Below, piece by piece: positions 17,891 through 26,801 of a stretch of DNA of 44,180 bases. Location of the stretch: assembly GCA_046290845.1 (NCBI GenBank), contig JBKBUA010000005.1, forward strand, positions 1 through 44,180, read 5' to 3'. Below the pieces are notes generated by a model that saw only the letters and a program-made list of their open reading frames with translations, was not told the origin of the DNA and did not search any database. The stretch's first letter is position 1. Every line of letters begins with the position of its first letter. Both the position numbers and the translations under genes were made by a program. The DNA comes from Thermodesulfovibrionales bacterium. GTDB lineage: Bacteria > Nitrospirota > Thermodesulfovibrionia > Thermodesulfovibrionales > UBA9159.

Positions 17891-18549
17891 TGCATCAATA
17901 GCCCTCTCTTCAAGGTATAAAAAGTGTCAGCATAATCCGCAATATTTTCATCATGGGTGGACAAGATGATTGTCTTTCCCTTTAACTTCAGTTCCCTTAG
18001 AATCTGGATAATCAGTTCTGCTGTCTCAGAATCTATGTTGGATGTAGGCTCATCCAGAAAGAGGATTTCAGGATCATTAATAAGAGCCCTTGCGATTGCA
18101 ACCCTCTGCTGTTCTCCGCCACTCATCTCTTCGGCTCCGTGTTCAATCCTGTGGGAAAGACCAACCACTTCGAGCAATTCAATAGACCTCTTCCTCCTCT
18201 CACTCTCACTGATGCCAAGGGGAATAAGAGGCGCTGCAACATTCTGCCAGGCACTCAACCTTGCAATAAGATTGAATTGCTGGAAGACAAAACCCATTCT
18301 TCTTCGTATTAAGGTAAGGCTGTTTTCAGAAAGGTCTGTGATGTCCTTTCCATCGATATAAACCCTCCCACGGCTTGGTCTGTCTATGGCGCCAATTATG
18401 CTTAAAAGGGATGTCTTTCCTGAGCCCGATGGTCCCTGCAATACTGTTATCGAACCCTTCCTTATAGAGAGGGTAATATCCCTGAGTGCCACTACCTCAT
18501 AGGGCCTTCCCTCATGATAGACCTTCCATATCCCTTCGCAGCGAATCAT
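17887..18549 (-). CDS. ABC transporter ATP-binding protein (MacB/LolD-type)
   Basis: Walker A GPSGSGKTS, signature MSGGEQQR, Walker B ILFLDEPTS. ATG 18549 forms an ATGA overlap with the permease stop, so the 85-aa N-terminal extension in the track is rejected. Confidence 0.88.
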   Translation of the reverse strand: MIRCEGIWKVYHEGRPYEVVALRDITLSIRKGSITVLQGPSGSGKTSLLSIIGAIDRPSRGRVYIDGKDITDLSENSLTLIRRRMGFVFQQFNLIARLSAWQNVAAPLIPLGISESERRKRSIELLEVVGLSHRIEHGAEEMSGGEQQRVAIARALINDPEILFLDEPTSNIDSETAELIIQILRELKLKGKTIILSTHDENIADYADTFYTLKRGLLMQ

Positions 18550-19715
18550 CTCATCGCCTCCACAGGTGGAACCACAGAGGTCCTCCAGGTAGTGTATATA
18601 CTTCCCGTTGCAGTAATAACAATTGAGATCAAAAAAGTGATAATCAAAGGCATGGGTAAAAATAAAGATGGAACGGGAAAGTCTGGAAAGATGCCTGCGC
18701 CAGGGATAAAGATCTGTGCGATAAAAGGTGCATTGAGGACCTTTATCCAGAAAAAGGAGATTATAAATGTCATCGGTACACTTAAGAGTGAAAGGATCAA
18801 GCACTCAAAAAAGACCATCTCCATCACATCGACCGTCCTCCAGCCGAGGGCCTTCAATATCCCTACCTCCCTCTTCCTCTCTGTAAGACCGAGCCCTGAG
18901 GAGACTAAAAGGGCTGGTATCCCTATGGCAAAGGCAATGGTATATAGGATGAGAAAGATACCTCCTTTTGTACTGAAGCCCCTGTCGAGATAAGTCATAA
19001 CGAGATCCTTTGTCTGTATCCTGAAATAGGAATTCATCCTCTGGAGTTCCTCACTTACCTTACCAGTAAGGCCTGGTCTCACATAAATTGCCATATCTGT
19101 TATAAATCCGTCCATTTCGTAGAGGCCGATCATCTCATTTAGGTTCATCAGTATGAGATTTGATGTCCATAAACCTGAGCTTGAATCAAATATCCCTGAT
19201 ATACGAAACTCTCTCTTCACCACATAGGGCACATGGTCAACGATTCCGATTATCCTCACACCGAGACTTAGGCTGTCTCCGATATCCAGTTTCATCTCCC
19301 TGGCAAGCCTCCTGCCTATGACTACCTCACCTTCCTTAGGAAGTCCTCCTTTAACAAAAGTCACCTTCCCTGTAAGACCTTCAATAGGAATTCCGAGGAG
19401 AACGGTAAGTTTCCCACCTACATAGATCCTGCTGATTGCCCTTGGCATGACCCTTATAACACCTTCTATATTCCTTACGGGTTCCGCCATATCGATGGGA
19501 ATAACACCATTTCTTCCATACATGTCCATTGTTAAATATACATCTGCTCCGTCTTGTGCAGATATGAAGGATTCCTTTTTTACACCCTCAAGAACCGCCA
19601 TTGCTGAGAGGAATGGAAGAAGTATCGCTATGAGGCACAGGATAATCACCATGCTCCTTACTGGATAACGGGTAATATTGTGCAGTGCTGTATAGAATAG
19701 GTTAAGATGTCTCAA
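18546..19715 (-). CDS. ABC transporter permease, FtsX/MacB-like with large periplasmic domain
   Basis: One N-terminal TM helix, a ~220-aa extracytoplasmic domain, then three C-terminal TM helices (FtsX pattern, ...EVGILKALGW...). Confidence 0.8.
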   Translation of the reverse strand: MRHLNLFYTALHNITRYPVRSMVIILCLIAILLPFLSAMAVLEGVKKESFISAQDGADVYLTMDMYGRNGVIPIDMAEPVRNIEGVIRVMPRAISRIYVGGKLTVLLGIPIEGLTGKVTFVKGGLPKEGEVVIGRRLAREMKLDIGDSLSLGVRIIGIVDHVPYVVKREFRISGIFDSSSGLWTSNLILMNLNEMIGLYEMDGFITDMAIYVRPGLTGKVSEELQRMNSYFRIQTKDLVMTYLDRGFSTKGGIFLILYTIAFAIGIPALLVSSGLGLTERKREVGILKALGWRTVDVMEMVFFECLILSLLSVPMTFIISFFWIKVLNAPFIAQIFIPGAGIFPDFPVPSLFLPMPLIITFLISIVITATGSIYTTWRTSVVPPVEAMR

Positions 19716-19717
19716 TT

Positions 19718-20410
19718 TTATTTGTGATCTATCTCCCTTTTTGCTTCTTCAAGGGCAGCCTTAAAGTCTGTAACCTTACCGCCGAACCTCCTGGAAAACT
19801 TCTCAGCTTCATCAGGAGAAGAAAAAGCTATTATGCTTACAGGGCTCATCGTGCCTGGTACTGAAGAGCCTATAACATAGAACGCCTTCCCTGCATCAAG
19901 CATCCTTTCAGGTCTGAGATATTCAGCAACCTTTACTTTTTTAGGTTCCTCCCCGAGCTTATAATAAGCCATTACCGCTAAGCAGTGTATTGAACAGGTA
20001 TAGAATCTTCCTTTTGATGTCTCAAACTCATATCTTGTACCTGCCCATTTGTTCAAGTCCATCCTGCAATTATCACACCCTTTATGTTCTGCCCTTCTAT
20101 TTATGGAACTTAAATCTAACAAAGGGGATTCCTTCATATCAGCAACGGAAAATCCCCTTTCAGGAGAGTAACTATAACCTCCTGGTATCGGCCATAGAGA
20201 TGTCTCATCAACAAAATCTATCCTTGGGTCATAATTCAGGAAACCCCACTCAGGACTTATAACTCCGCCGAGACCAAAACCACCCAAGTAATTTTGAAGT
20301 TCTCTTGCCCTCGAATCCTCTTTTTCAAAGATATACATATCAAGACCTATCATGACCAATGGGGCCATGAGGAGAAAGGGAATAATGAAGATTAACCTGC
20401 TCCTCTCCAT
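19718..20410 (-). CDS. NosL-like domain protein with N-terminal TM anchor and extra N-domain
   Basis: The C-terminal half has the NosL pattern: CDNCRM...FYTCSIHC...YVIGSSVPGTMSP..IAFSSPDEAEKFSRRFGGKV. Confidence 0.65.
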   Translation of the reverse strand: MERSRLIFIIPFLLMAPLVMIGLDMYIFEKEDSRARELQNYLGGFGLGGVISPEWGFLNYDPRIDFVDETSLWPIPGGYSYSPERGFSVADMKESPLLDLSSINRRAEHKGCDNCRMDLNKWAGTRYEFETSKGRFYTCSIHCLAVMAYYKLGEEPKKVKVAEYLRPERMLDAGKAFYVIGSSVPGTMSPVSIIAFSSPDEAEKFSRRFGGKVTDFKAALEEAKREIDHK

Positions 20411-20413
20411 AAA

Positions 20414-20962
20414 TTACCGCGGTTTCAGGATATCAGGGGTTATCTCTTCAAACTTGATGATCCGTCCACCATGTTTTTTAATATAATCCTCAGCATCGCT
20501 CCTTTTTGAAAAGGGAACGAGGGCCTCACCCATTGGTCCCATTATATCTCCACCATAGACATAAAAGGCCTCCTTCGCATCAACCCAGTTTCCAACAGGA
20601 TGATCCCACTGGGCCTTCCCCATATCATTCACATATATAGCAACAATATTCCTTGGCCTGTCAGGCTGGTGATAAAAGAGTAACATATCGAGGGTGCTGC
20701 AGAATGTATCAATCTCACCATTTCGGTAATGGATCTGTGCCTTTGAGCCAGGAAAGTCCACTATGATCATGCCGCAGACTCTGCAAGAATGTTGCCTTGT
20801 AAACTCTATGGGAGGAGGTTTTTCTACCGTCTTCTTGCAGGAGGTAAGGATAAAGGAAAAAACAAGAAGAAAGATCAATAGAACACACGTATAGGACGGT
20901 ACAGATTGGCATGACCAACCATACCGTCCTATGATCTGATGCTCCTGTAACAGAAAGATCAC
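20414..20962 (-). CDS. nosL: NosL-family copper chaperone lipoprotein
   Basis: Lipobox-like FILTSC. CRVCGM motif. ...YVYGGDIMGPMGEALVPFSKRSDAEDYIKKHGGRI matches the NosL family pattern. Confidence 0.8.
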   Translation of the reverse strand: MIFLLQEHQIIGRYGWSCQSVPSYTCVLLIFLLVFSFILTSCKKTVEKPPPIEFTRQHSCRVCGMIIVDFPGSKAQIHYRNGEIDTFCSTLDMLLFYHQPDRPRNIVAIYVNDMGKAQWDHPVGNWVDAKEAFYVYGGDIMGPMGEALVPFSKRSDAEDYIKKHGGRIIKFEEITPDILKPR

Positions 20963-20967
20963 AGTTC

Positions 20968-22383
20968 CTATCTCTTCTTGCTCATCCTCTTATGAAGTAC
21001 TATCCCAGCAGCAAGGAATAGAAAGGCAACAAAGGGTGGTAATACATAGACCTTAAGCGGTGTGGAAGGCTCTAAGATCATGTAATACCAGGCAGAGACC
21101 GTTGCCTTATTACCCTCCTCCTTAAATCTACCATCATAGACCTGAACAGCGAAGGGCAAAAACTTCCCGGGCTCAAACTTTGTATCCTTGTCATCCTGAG
21201 TATTGAGCGGCCTTCTGAAAAGAACCCTGTACCGACCATCTTTGTAAGACCCCTCTGCCCTAATGTCCTGCCTCTCCTGCTGGGTAAGAGTGCCTGGTCC
21301 TGTTGCGTTGAATTCAGTGCCCTTACTATCAGCCATAGAAAATGACCAGAGGTAAACAGCAGCCTTTTTATCTCCCATAAAGAAATAGGGCTTATCCCCT
21401 ATCTTTAAGGGATACTGAATCCTTACCAAGTCAGGTGGTAGGCCATCGTCACCCTTATTTGGCTTTTTGTCTGTCCATTCAAGTAATATCCCAACCTCGG
21501 CATTGGTATAGAGCCCTCTCACCCTTACATTCGTGATTGTAGCCGTAAAGTTCCTCGGCTCAAACATTATCTGGCCTGCCATTGGGAGATCGAGATAATC
21601 AACCTTATCCCAGGTCTTGTCCTCAACAGAAGGGACAGTAGTAGCCTTCTTAACCATGAGAGAGACGCCGAGCTTTCTTTGAAGTTGTCTTGATTTTATA
21701 AAACAGGCAAGGGCCCATCTCTCATCATCAGAAAGCGTATCCTGATAGGATGTCATGGGTGTGCCTTTATTACCTGTCGTTATAGTAAGATAGATATCCT
21801 CAAGGCTGGAACCCTTCCTGAATTCCCAGGGATGGGTATGATCAGCAGGAAGTATGGGATTCCCCCAGTCATCCTTAAAGTTTTCCTGCCAGGATTTTTC
21901 CCCATCACCCCTTCCCTCCTTGCCATGGCATTCCCAGCACTTTGCTGTCTTCTCTTCGATCTCCTTGCCCTTCTTTATCATCTCATCAGAACAGGATGGA
22001 ACCTTTGTTATCTTCACAGGTTCAGGCTTTGATGTAAAGACATCAGGGGCAAATTTCTTCAGGTACTCAATGAGGGATTTCGCCTCTTCATCACTAAACC
22101 TCCTCCATGGAGGCATAGATGTCCCTGGATTACCATCCCTTATCATCCTCTTGAGGTCCTCATCTGAAGGGGGGTCTCCAGTTGGTGTTGATGTAAACTT
22201 GTATGTTCCAACTGTAAAGTCCCGTGGCTTTGGAAAGGTGAAATCCTTTGCGTATCCATCGCCCTTTCCCTCATAGCCATGGCACTGAGCACACCAGGCC
22301 TCATAAAGGACCTTTCCCTTTTCCTCTCCATAGGCATTAAGTGATACTGACAATAATAAAATCAATATGAATAACAATCTCAT
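20968..22383 (-). CDS. Fusion protein: dihaem cytochrome c (N) + EB_dh haem-b domain (NxrC-like) + C-terminal TM anchor
   Basis: AGGAGG 6 nt before ATG 22383. Signal peptide MRLLFILILLLSVSLNAYG. Haem motifs CAQCHG and CWECHG. EB_dh pattern follows (...VGILLEWTDKKPN...PYFFMGDKKAAVYLWSF...ATVSAWYYM...). Tail helix FVAFLFLAAGIVLHKR. Confidence 0.85.
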   Translation of the reverse strand: MRLLFILILLLSVSLNAYGEEKGKVLYEAWCAQCHGYEGKGDGYAKDFTFPKPRDFTVGTYKFTSTPTGDPPSDEDLKRMIRDGNPGTSMPPWRRFSDEEAKSLIEYLKKFAPDVFTSKPEPVKITKVPSCSDEMIKKGKEIEEKTAKCWECHGKEGRGDGEKSWQENFKDDWGNPILPADHTHPWEFRKGSSLEDIYLTITTGNKGTPMTSYQDTLSDDERWALACFIKSRQLQRKLGVSLMVKKATTVPSVEDKTWDKVDYLDLPMAGQIMFEPRNFTATITNVRVRGLYTNAEVGILLEWTDKKPNKGDDGLPPDLVRIQYPLKIGDKPYFFMGDKKAAVYLWSFSMADSKGTEFNATGPGTLTQQERQDIRAEGSYKDGRYRVLFRRPLNTQDDKDTKFEPGKFLPFAVQVYDGRFKEEGNKATVSAWYYMILEPSTPLKVYVLPPFVAFLFLAAGIVLHKRMSKKR

Positions 22384-22396
22384 CTTAACCTCCTGC

Positions 22397-23200
22397 TTAC
22401 CATGTTCTCGGTTTATTCCCCGTTGCCTCATAGATGAAGAGGATCACCTTCCATATCTCCTCTTCGGTAAGGATATCCTCAAAGGAAGGCATAGAGGAAT
22501 CCGAGGGATTTGATCCTGGCGGGAGACCTCTCCATCCCTTTGCAATGCGCCAGAATACAAATGACTCTGGAAGCTGTGCAATGGTATCTGTACCCCTGAA
22601 AGGTAATGGCAAGGGGTTAAAGGCCTGGGCAAAATGGCCTTTACCATCAAGGTCATCGCCATGACAGTAAAAACAGTTCTGGTAATAGACTTTCTTGCCC
22701 TCTTCAAGATACTTCTTGAGATTAGCCGTATCCTTCCTTAATGGGTTCTCAAGTCCGAGTATCTTTATAGGTTTGCCCCTAAATTCAATCTCAGCAGGAG
22801 GCTCAGGATGGACTATCCTTGCCGAGACGGGTGGTTCGTACCTGGGTTTTACCTTAAAATATGTAATCAGACCTGCAGCAACAGGGATAGCTACAAAGAC
22901 GATAACAATCCTCTGTATCTTCTTTTCCTCGTCAGCGAGTACAGATTTAACAGGTCTTAAAAAGGCCTGGAACGTCTCTTCCTCTATGGAGAAGAATATA
23001 AGAAAGGCAAATATAGCCATTGCCATATACATCACTATGACCTGACCGGGTAGGGGTGGCATGAAAAGGCCCAAGCTCTTAAGAAACCCGTAGATAGCTA
23101 TGAGTATCCCGATAAAGTTAAAAAAGGGAGACTTCCTGATAGCTGCAAGGACTGATATAGCAATGCCGATTAGAGTGACCAAAGGGTATATCCATACCAT
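22397..23200 (-). CDS. Membrane-anchored (about 3-4 TM) monohaem cytochrome c, module B
   Basis: Paralogue of 11578-12303: CFYCHG, SSMPSF, ends ...KPRTW. Confidence 0.85.
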   Translation of the reverse strand: MVWIYPLVTLIGIAISVLAAIRKSPFFNFIGILIAIYGFLKSLGLFMPPLPGQVIVMYMAMAIFAFLIFFSIEEETFQAFLRPVKSVLADEEKKIQRIVIVFVAIPVAAGLITYFKVKPRYEPPVSARIVHPEPPAEIEFRGKPIKILGLENPLRKDTANLKKYLEEGKKVYYQNCFYCHGDDLDGKGHFAQAFNPLPLPFRGTDTIAQLPESFVFWRIAKGWRGLPPGSNPSDSSMPSFEDILTEEEIWKVILFIYEATGNKPRTW

Positions 23201-23202
23201 AT

Positions 23203-23724
23203 CTATTTACCTCCCTTCTGAGCCTTATCAATCTGGGCCTTAAGGGCCTCAACCGATGCAGGATAACTCACAGTGACCTTACCACCCTTACTCTGGAGAA
23301 AGGCCGTTAATGCTATAAGCTCACCCTCATTAAGAGATGTTGGTGGCTTATGAACAGGTGGCATAATGTTATCAAATCCTTTTTCTACATAGGCACCAGG
23401 ATTAACAAGGGCCTCAAAGGCATGATCTTCTGGCTTCATATTCCTTTTCTTTGCCTCCTCTTCCATAAGCTTTCCGATAGTATCAATTGAAGGTGCCCTC
23501 ATGCCTGGTTCTGCCTTCATGGGATGGCAGACCATGCACTGCCCCTTTCCGAAGAGTATCTGCTCACCTATCTGGATCAACTCCTCAGTAGTAACCCCTT
23601 CCTGGATCTTCAGTTCCTTGGGTGGATGTGATTCTGATTGAGGAAGAAAATACAGCCCAATATAGGCAAAAAAGAGATTTATCCCTAAAACAACGAGACC
23701 TAATTTGATAGCTCCCGATCTCAT
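23203..23724 (-). CDS. Single-TM-anchored monohaem cytochrome c, module B
   Basis: Paralogue of 12354-12770: CMVCHP, NIMPP. 4-nt overlap with the CydA-like gene. Confidence 0.85.
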   Translation of the reverse strand: MRSGAIKLGLVVLGINLFFAYIGLYFLPQSESHPPKELKIQEGVTTEELIQIGEQILFGKGQCMVCHPMKAEPGMRAPSIDTIGKLMEEEAKKRNMKPEDHAFEALVNPGAYVEKGFDNIMPPVHKPPTSLNEGELIALTAFLQSKGGKVTVSYPASVEALKAQIDKAQKGGK

Positions 23725-25469
23725 CCTTCCTGCCTCCTTTCCTCAGCTACCTTTTCGAGTTTCATTATGCTCCAGAAGACAAAGGCAATAAGTGCAAAGA
23801 ATAGTAAGGTGATTATAGTAACTATTACTGCTGCTATACCATGGGCAGGGAGATAGGCATCAGGGCTCGTATCCTTAAGTATTCCATAGACATGCCAGTA
23901 TTGTCTGCCACCTGACCTCATATAACCCATCATTCCCATAAGCCATGTAAAAGTCACTGTAATCCCGATAAGGGCATACTGGGATCTTTCGGGCATCTTT
24001 CCCCAACGGGGTTCTCCTATCACCTTCGCTCCTTTATACATCTTGTTATCCAGGATGAAAAGGCCGATTATTGAAAGGAAGAATACACCGAATTGAATAG
24101 GAGAAAGCACCTTCACCCTCACCGCAGCAGGAACCATGTAACTGTAAACACCGATGATGAGAACGATAATGGTGGAAAATATTATTATACCTGCCCTTAT
24201 CGCCCTTCCAGTCTTTACCCAGGGAACAACAGGGTCCTTGTTGCTCATCCTGAAGATGGCATAACTCAGGAATGTGGCAAGATAAGAGATTATCACAGCC
24301 GTATTCTTTGCAGCCATGACACCGAGGTTGCCCAAGGCAGGGTGATACGCCCCGATCCTCCTTGCCTCCTCAAGGCTCAAGGCAACACTGTGGGGAGTTA
24401 GCCACACAAGGTAACCAAAGAGGACGGTTATAAAGAGGAACTTCACATACTTGAAGTACCTCTCACCGCCCGGCATCTTATTCAGGGATATCCATAGGTA
24501 ATAGTTGATAAAGAAGAGTATTGCTCCAATGAGGATAGCCTGCATGACCCAGAGCCATGCAAAGAATCCACCCATAAGCTGTATACCCATCTGTTCATTG
24601 AAGGCATAGATCTCTATACCGAGGAGATAGCCTATACCAGGAAGGATAAGAGAAAAACCTATTGCTATCATTGCTGATGTATAACCCATCCAGTCATAAT
24701 AGGCCTTTTCTTCTTCGTTTCTGGCGGTTATAAACCTGTAGGCAGCATAGGCAGCAGCAATTCCAGCGCCAAAAACGACATTTGCAACGAGCCTGTGAAG
24801 TGAAAGCGGTATCCACATGTAGGTCTTTATTGCTTGCCATCTATTGAGGAGTTCACCCTCAGGACTCACACCTCCAGGGGTGGTCATATACCCGACCCAT
24901 GCACTCGTTATTAGCAGTAGAATCGCACCCATCACATTCAGCAAGACCCCGATACCCACATGGGTTCCCTTTTTCTCCTTCATCCTCTGCCAGGAATAGA
25001 AGTAGTAGTAACAAACAAAGACCTCACCATACATGAAGAGTATGTAGAACCACCATGTTGGTCCGAGGATCTTCAGTAAATGGGCAATAAATTTGGGATA
25101 TAGCAGAGGTAGGCTCACCATAAGGATAGCGCCCATTATGGCAGTTAGTGTATAGGCTAATGTGAAGAGTTTTGTAAAGTCATAGGCGATCCTGTCGAGC
25201 CTCTCATCCTGCCTTTTCCATCCCAAAAATTCCATTGCAACCGCAAAGATAGGAACGCCCAGAACAAAGGCAGCAAAATTAAGATGTATCTGGGCGATTA
25301 TCCATACCCACACCCTGCTTCCAAGTAGAGGGAAAAATCTATACCCCTCAGGGCTTGGTGAGGGTAAAATACTCTTTAAGAAAAAAAGACCAGCAAATCC
25401 TGCACCCAGTATCAGGGTTAATTTAATAAAACCCTTAACAATCCCCTTTTTTACACTTCCTTCCGCCAC
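23721..25469 (-). CDS. CydA-like 'cytochrome bd-like' polytopic membrane protein (no CydB partner), module B
   Basis: Alignable end to end with 12767-14455 (shared DERLDR, HR[FL][IV]ANV, AAYAAY, EEKA[HY]YDWMGYT, RSQYALI, WH[IV]YG[VI]L). Retains the N-terminal His (AQIHLNF). Confidence 0.8.
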   Translation of the reverse strand: MAEGSVKKGIVKGFIKLTLILGAGFAGLFFLKSILPSPSPEGYRFFPLLGSRVWVWIIAQIHLNFAAFVLGVPIFAVAMEFLGWKRQDERLDRIAYDFTKLFTLAYTLTAIMGAILMVSLPLLYPKFIAHLLKILGPTWWFYILFMYGEVFVCYYYFYSWQRMKEKKGTHVGIGVLLNVMGAILLLITSAWVGYMTTPGGVSPEGELLNRWQAIKTYMWIPLSLHRLVANVVFGAGIAAAYAAYRFITARNEEEKAYYDWMGYTSAMIAIGFSLILPGIGYLLGIEIYAFNEQMGIQLMGGFFAWLWVMQAILIGAILFFINYYLWISLNKMPGGERYFKYVKFLFITVLFGYLVWLTPHSVALSLEEARRIGAYHPALGNLGVMAAKNTAVIISYLATFLSYAIFRMSNKDPVVPWVKTGRAIRAGIIIFSTIIVLIIGVYSYMVPAAVRVKVLSPIQFGVFFLSIIGLFILDNKMYKGAKVIGEPRWGKMPERSQYALIGITVTFTWLMGMMGYMRSGGRQYWHVYGILKDTSPDAYLPAHGIAAVIVTIITLLFFALIAFVFWSIMKLEKVAEERRQEG

Positions 25470-25519
25470 TTGTTACCTCCAACCACGGGTTATTTCAGGG
25501 CCGCAGAGCGGCCCTTTTC

Positions 25520-26236
25520 TTATTTCTTGCTCATGGTCACATTCAGGTCTGAGGCCTTCCCTGCCGAGACCTCCACATCCTTTTTTTCTTCCTTCAGGCC
25601 TTCATGCCAGAACCTTACAGTATATTTACCAGGAGGAAGGTCTTTAATCTCAAAGTTTCCATTATCATCTGTAATTGCTACATAGGGATGTTCCGAGACA
25701 TAGACATAGGCCCTCATCCATGCATGGGCATCACATTTAACATCGTGGAGACCTGTGGTCTTCACAGGCTTTGTTATAACCTGATCCTTCTTTGGAAGGG
25801 CAAGGTTATAAACCGTCCTCCTCTTGTCACCAAGCATAACCGCCAGGCTCGTATTGTGAAGGATCGGATCACTGTTCTTGAGGATATAATTTGATCCCTT
25901 GTAGGCAATGCTTACGAGGGGCTCAAAGTAGCATTTCTGGTTATCAATCGTTGTATCCTTCTTAGGCGCGGCCTTACCCTTTTGAACATTCTCTACTATC
26001 ACAAGCACATTCTTGATACCCATATCGCCTGATATAAGATACATATTAGAAGGCTGGCTACTACCACAGAATTCCACATCCTTCTCGATCTTGAGAACTG
26101 GAGATTCATATTTTCCCGCAACCTTCACCTTACCTTTAATACTGCCACCATTCTTGACATCAACAACCTCATAGGCAAATGAGGCAGTAACGATGGCCAG
26201 CAATAGAAACATCACGATTACTGTTATCCTTTTCAT
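25520..26236 (-). CDS. Exported cupredoxin-like domain + carboxypeptidase-regulatory-like (Ig-like) domain protein with a complete type-1 copper-like ligand pattern
   Basis: Signal peptide. DPILHNT ... KCDAHAWM gives His...Cys-x2-His-x2-Met, the amicyanin-type spacing. C-terminal DDNGNFEIKDLPPGKYTVRFWHEG. Confidence 0.6.
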   Translation of the reverse strand: MKRITVIVMFLLLAIVTASFAYEVVDVKNGGSIKGKVKVAGKYESPVLKIEKDVEFCGSSQPSNMYLISGDMGIKNVLVIVENVQKGKAAPKKDTTIDNQKCYFEPLVSIAYKGSNYILKNSDPILHNTSLAVMLGDKRRTVYNLALPKKDQVITKPVKTTGLHDVKCDAHAWMRAYVYVSEHPYVAITDDNGNFEIKDLPPGKYTVRFWHEGLKEEKKDVEVSAGKASDLNVTMSKK

Positions 26237-26300
26237 CTCTAACCTCCTCTTTAAGATTTAATCTTTCTATTGGATTCAAGTCTAAGCGACCAAGTCACTA

Positions 26301-26801
26301 TCACCCCCTTTCCCCCATTATCTCCTTTATAAGTCTGTGAAGTTCAGGCTCATGGATATAATGTCCCACAACCCTCCTAACAAGCCTTTTAGAGTCCACA
26401 AAGACCAGTACAGGGACATAATTGATCCTGTATCTCTTTAGCAGGTCATCCCTGTTGCCTGCAAACATGGGAAATGTGAAACCCATCTCCTTTTTGTATG
26501 CCCTTACGAGTCTGCTATCCCTTGCCATTATGTTAATACCTATTATCCTCAGCTTATCCTTACCAAACTTAGCCTCTGCCCTTTTAAGATGGGCTATTAT
26601 CTGGGTGCAGTAATGACAGGCATTATGGGTAAAATAGATGATCGTTGGTCTGTCAATTAGAGTACCGAAATCTACATTCCTGTTGTCCTCATCAGGAAGA
26701 ACAAAGGTTGGTACAGGAGAACCGACAAGGTCTTCTCCGGCAGAATAAAGATTATAAGGCAGACTTAATGTCAAGATGATTACAAGGACCAAACTTTTCA
26801 T
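26301..26801 (-). CDS. Exported TlpA/redoxin-like thiol:disulfide oxidoreductase
   Basis: Signal peptide. Thioredoxin-fold active site FTHNACHYC (CxxC). cis-Pro region NYVPVLVFVD. Confidence 0.8.
   Translation of the reverse strand: MKSLVLVIILTLSLPYNLYSAGEDLVGSPVPTFVLPDEDNRNVDFGTLIDRPTIIYFTHNACHYCTQIIAHLKRAEAKFGKDKLRIIGINIMARDSRLVRAYKKEMGFTFPMFAGNRDDLLKRYRINYVPVLVFVDSKRLVRRVVGHYIHEPELHRLIKEIMGERG

Noticed and set aside
18550-18804. 85-aa Cys-rich N-terminal extension of the ABC ATPase ORF (track start at 18804).
   Set aside because: It overlaps the permease coding region in another frame. A canonical ATGA stop/start junction at 18546-18549 gives an ATPase beginning MIRCEGIWKVY..., the normal distance before the Walker A motif.
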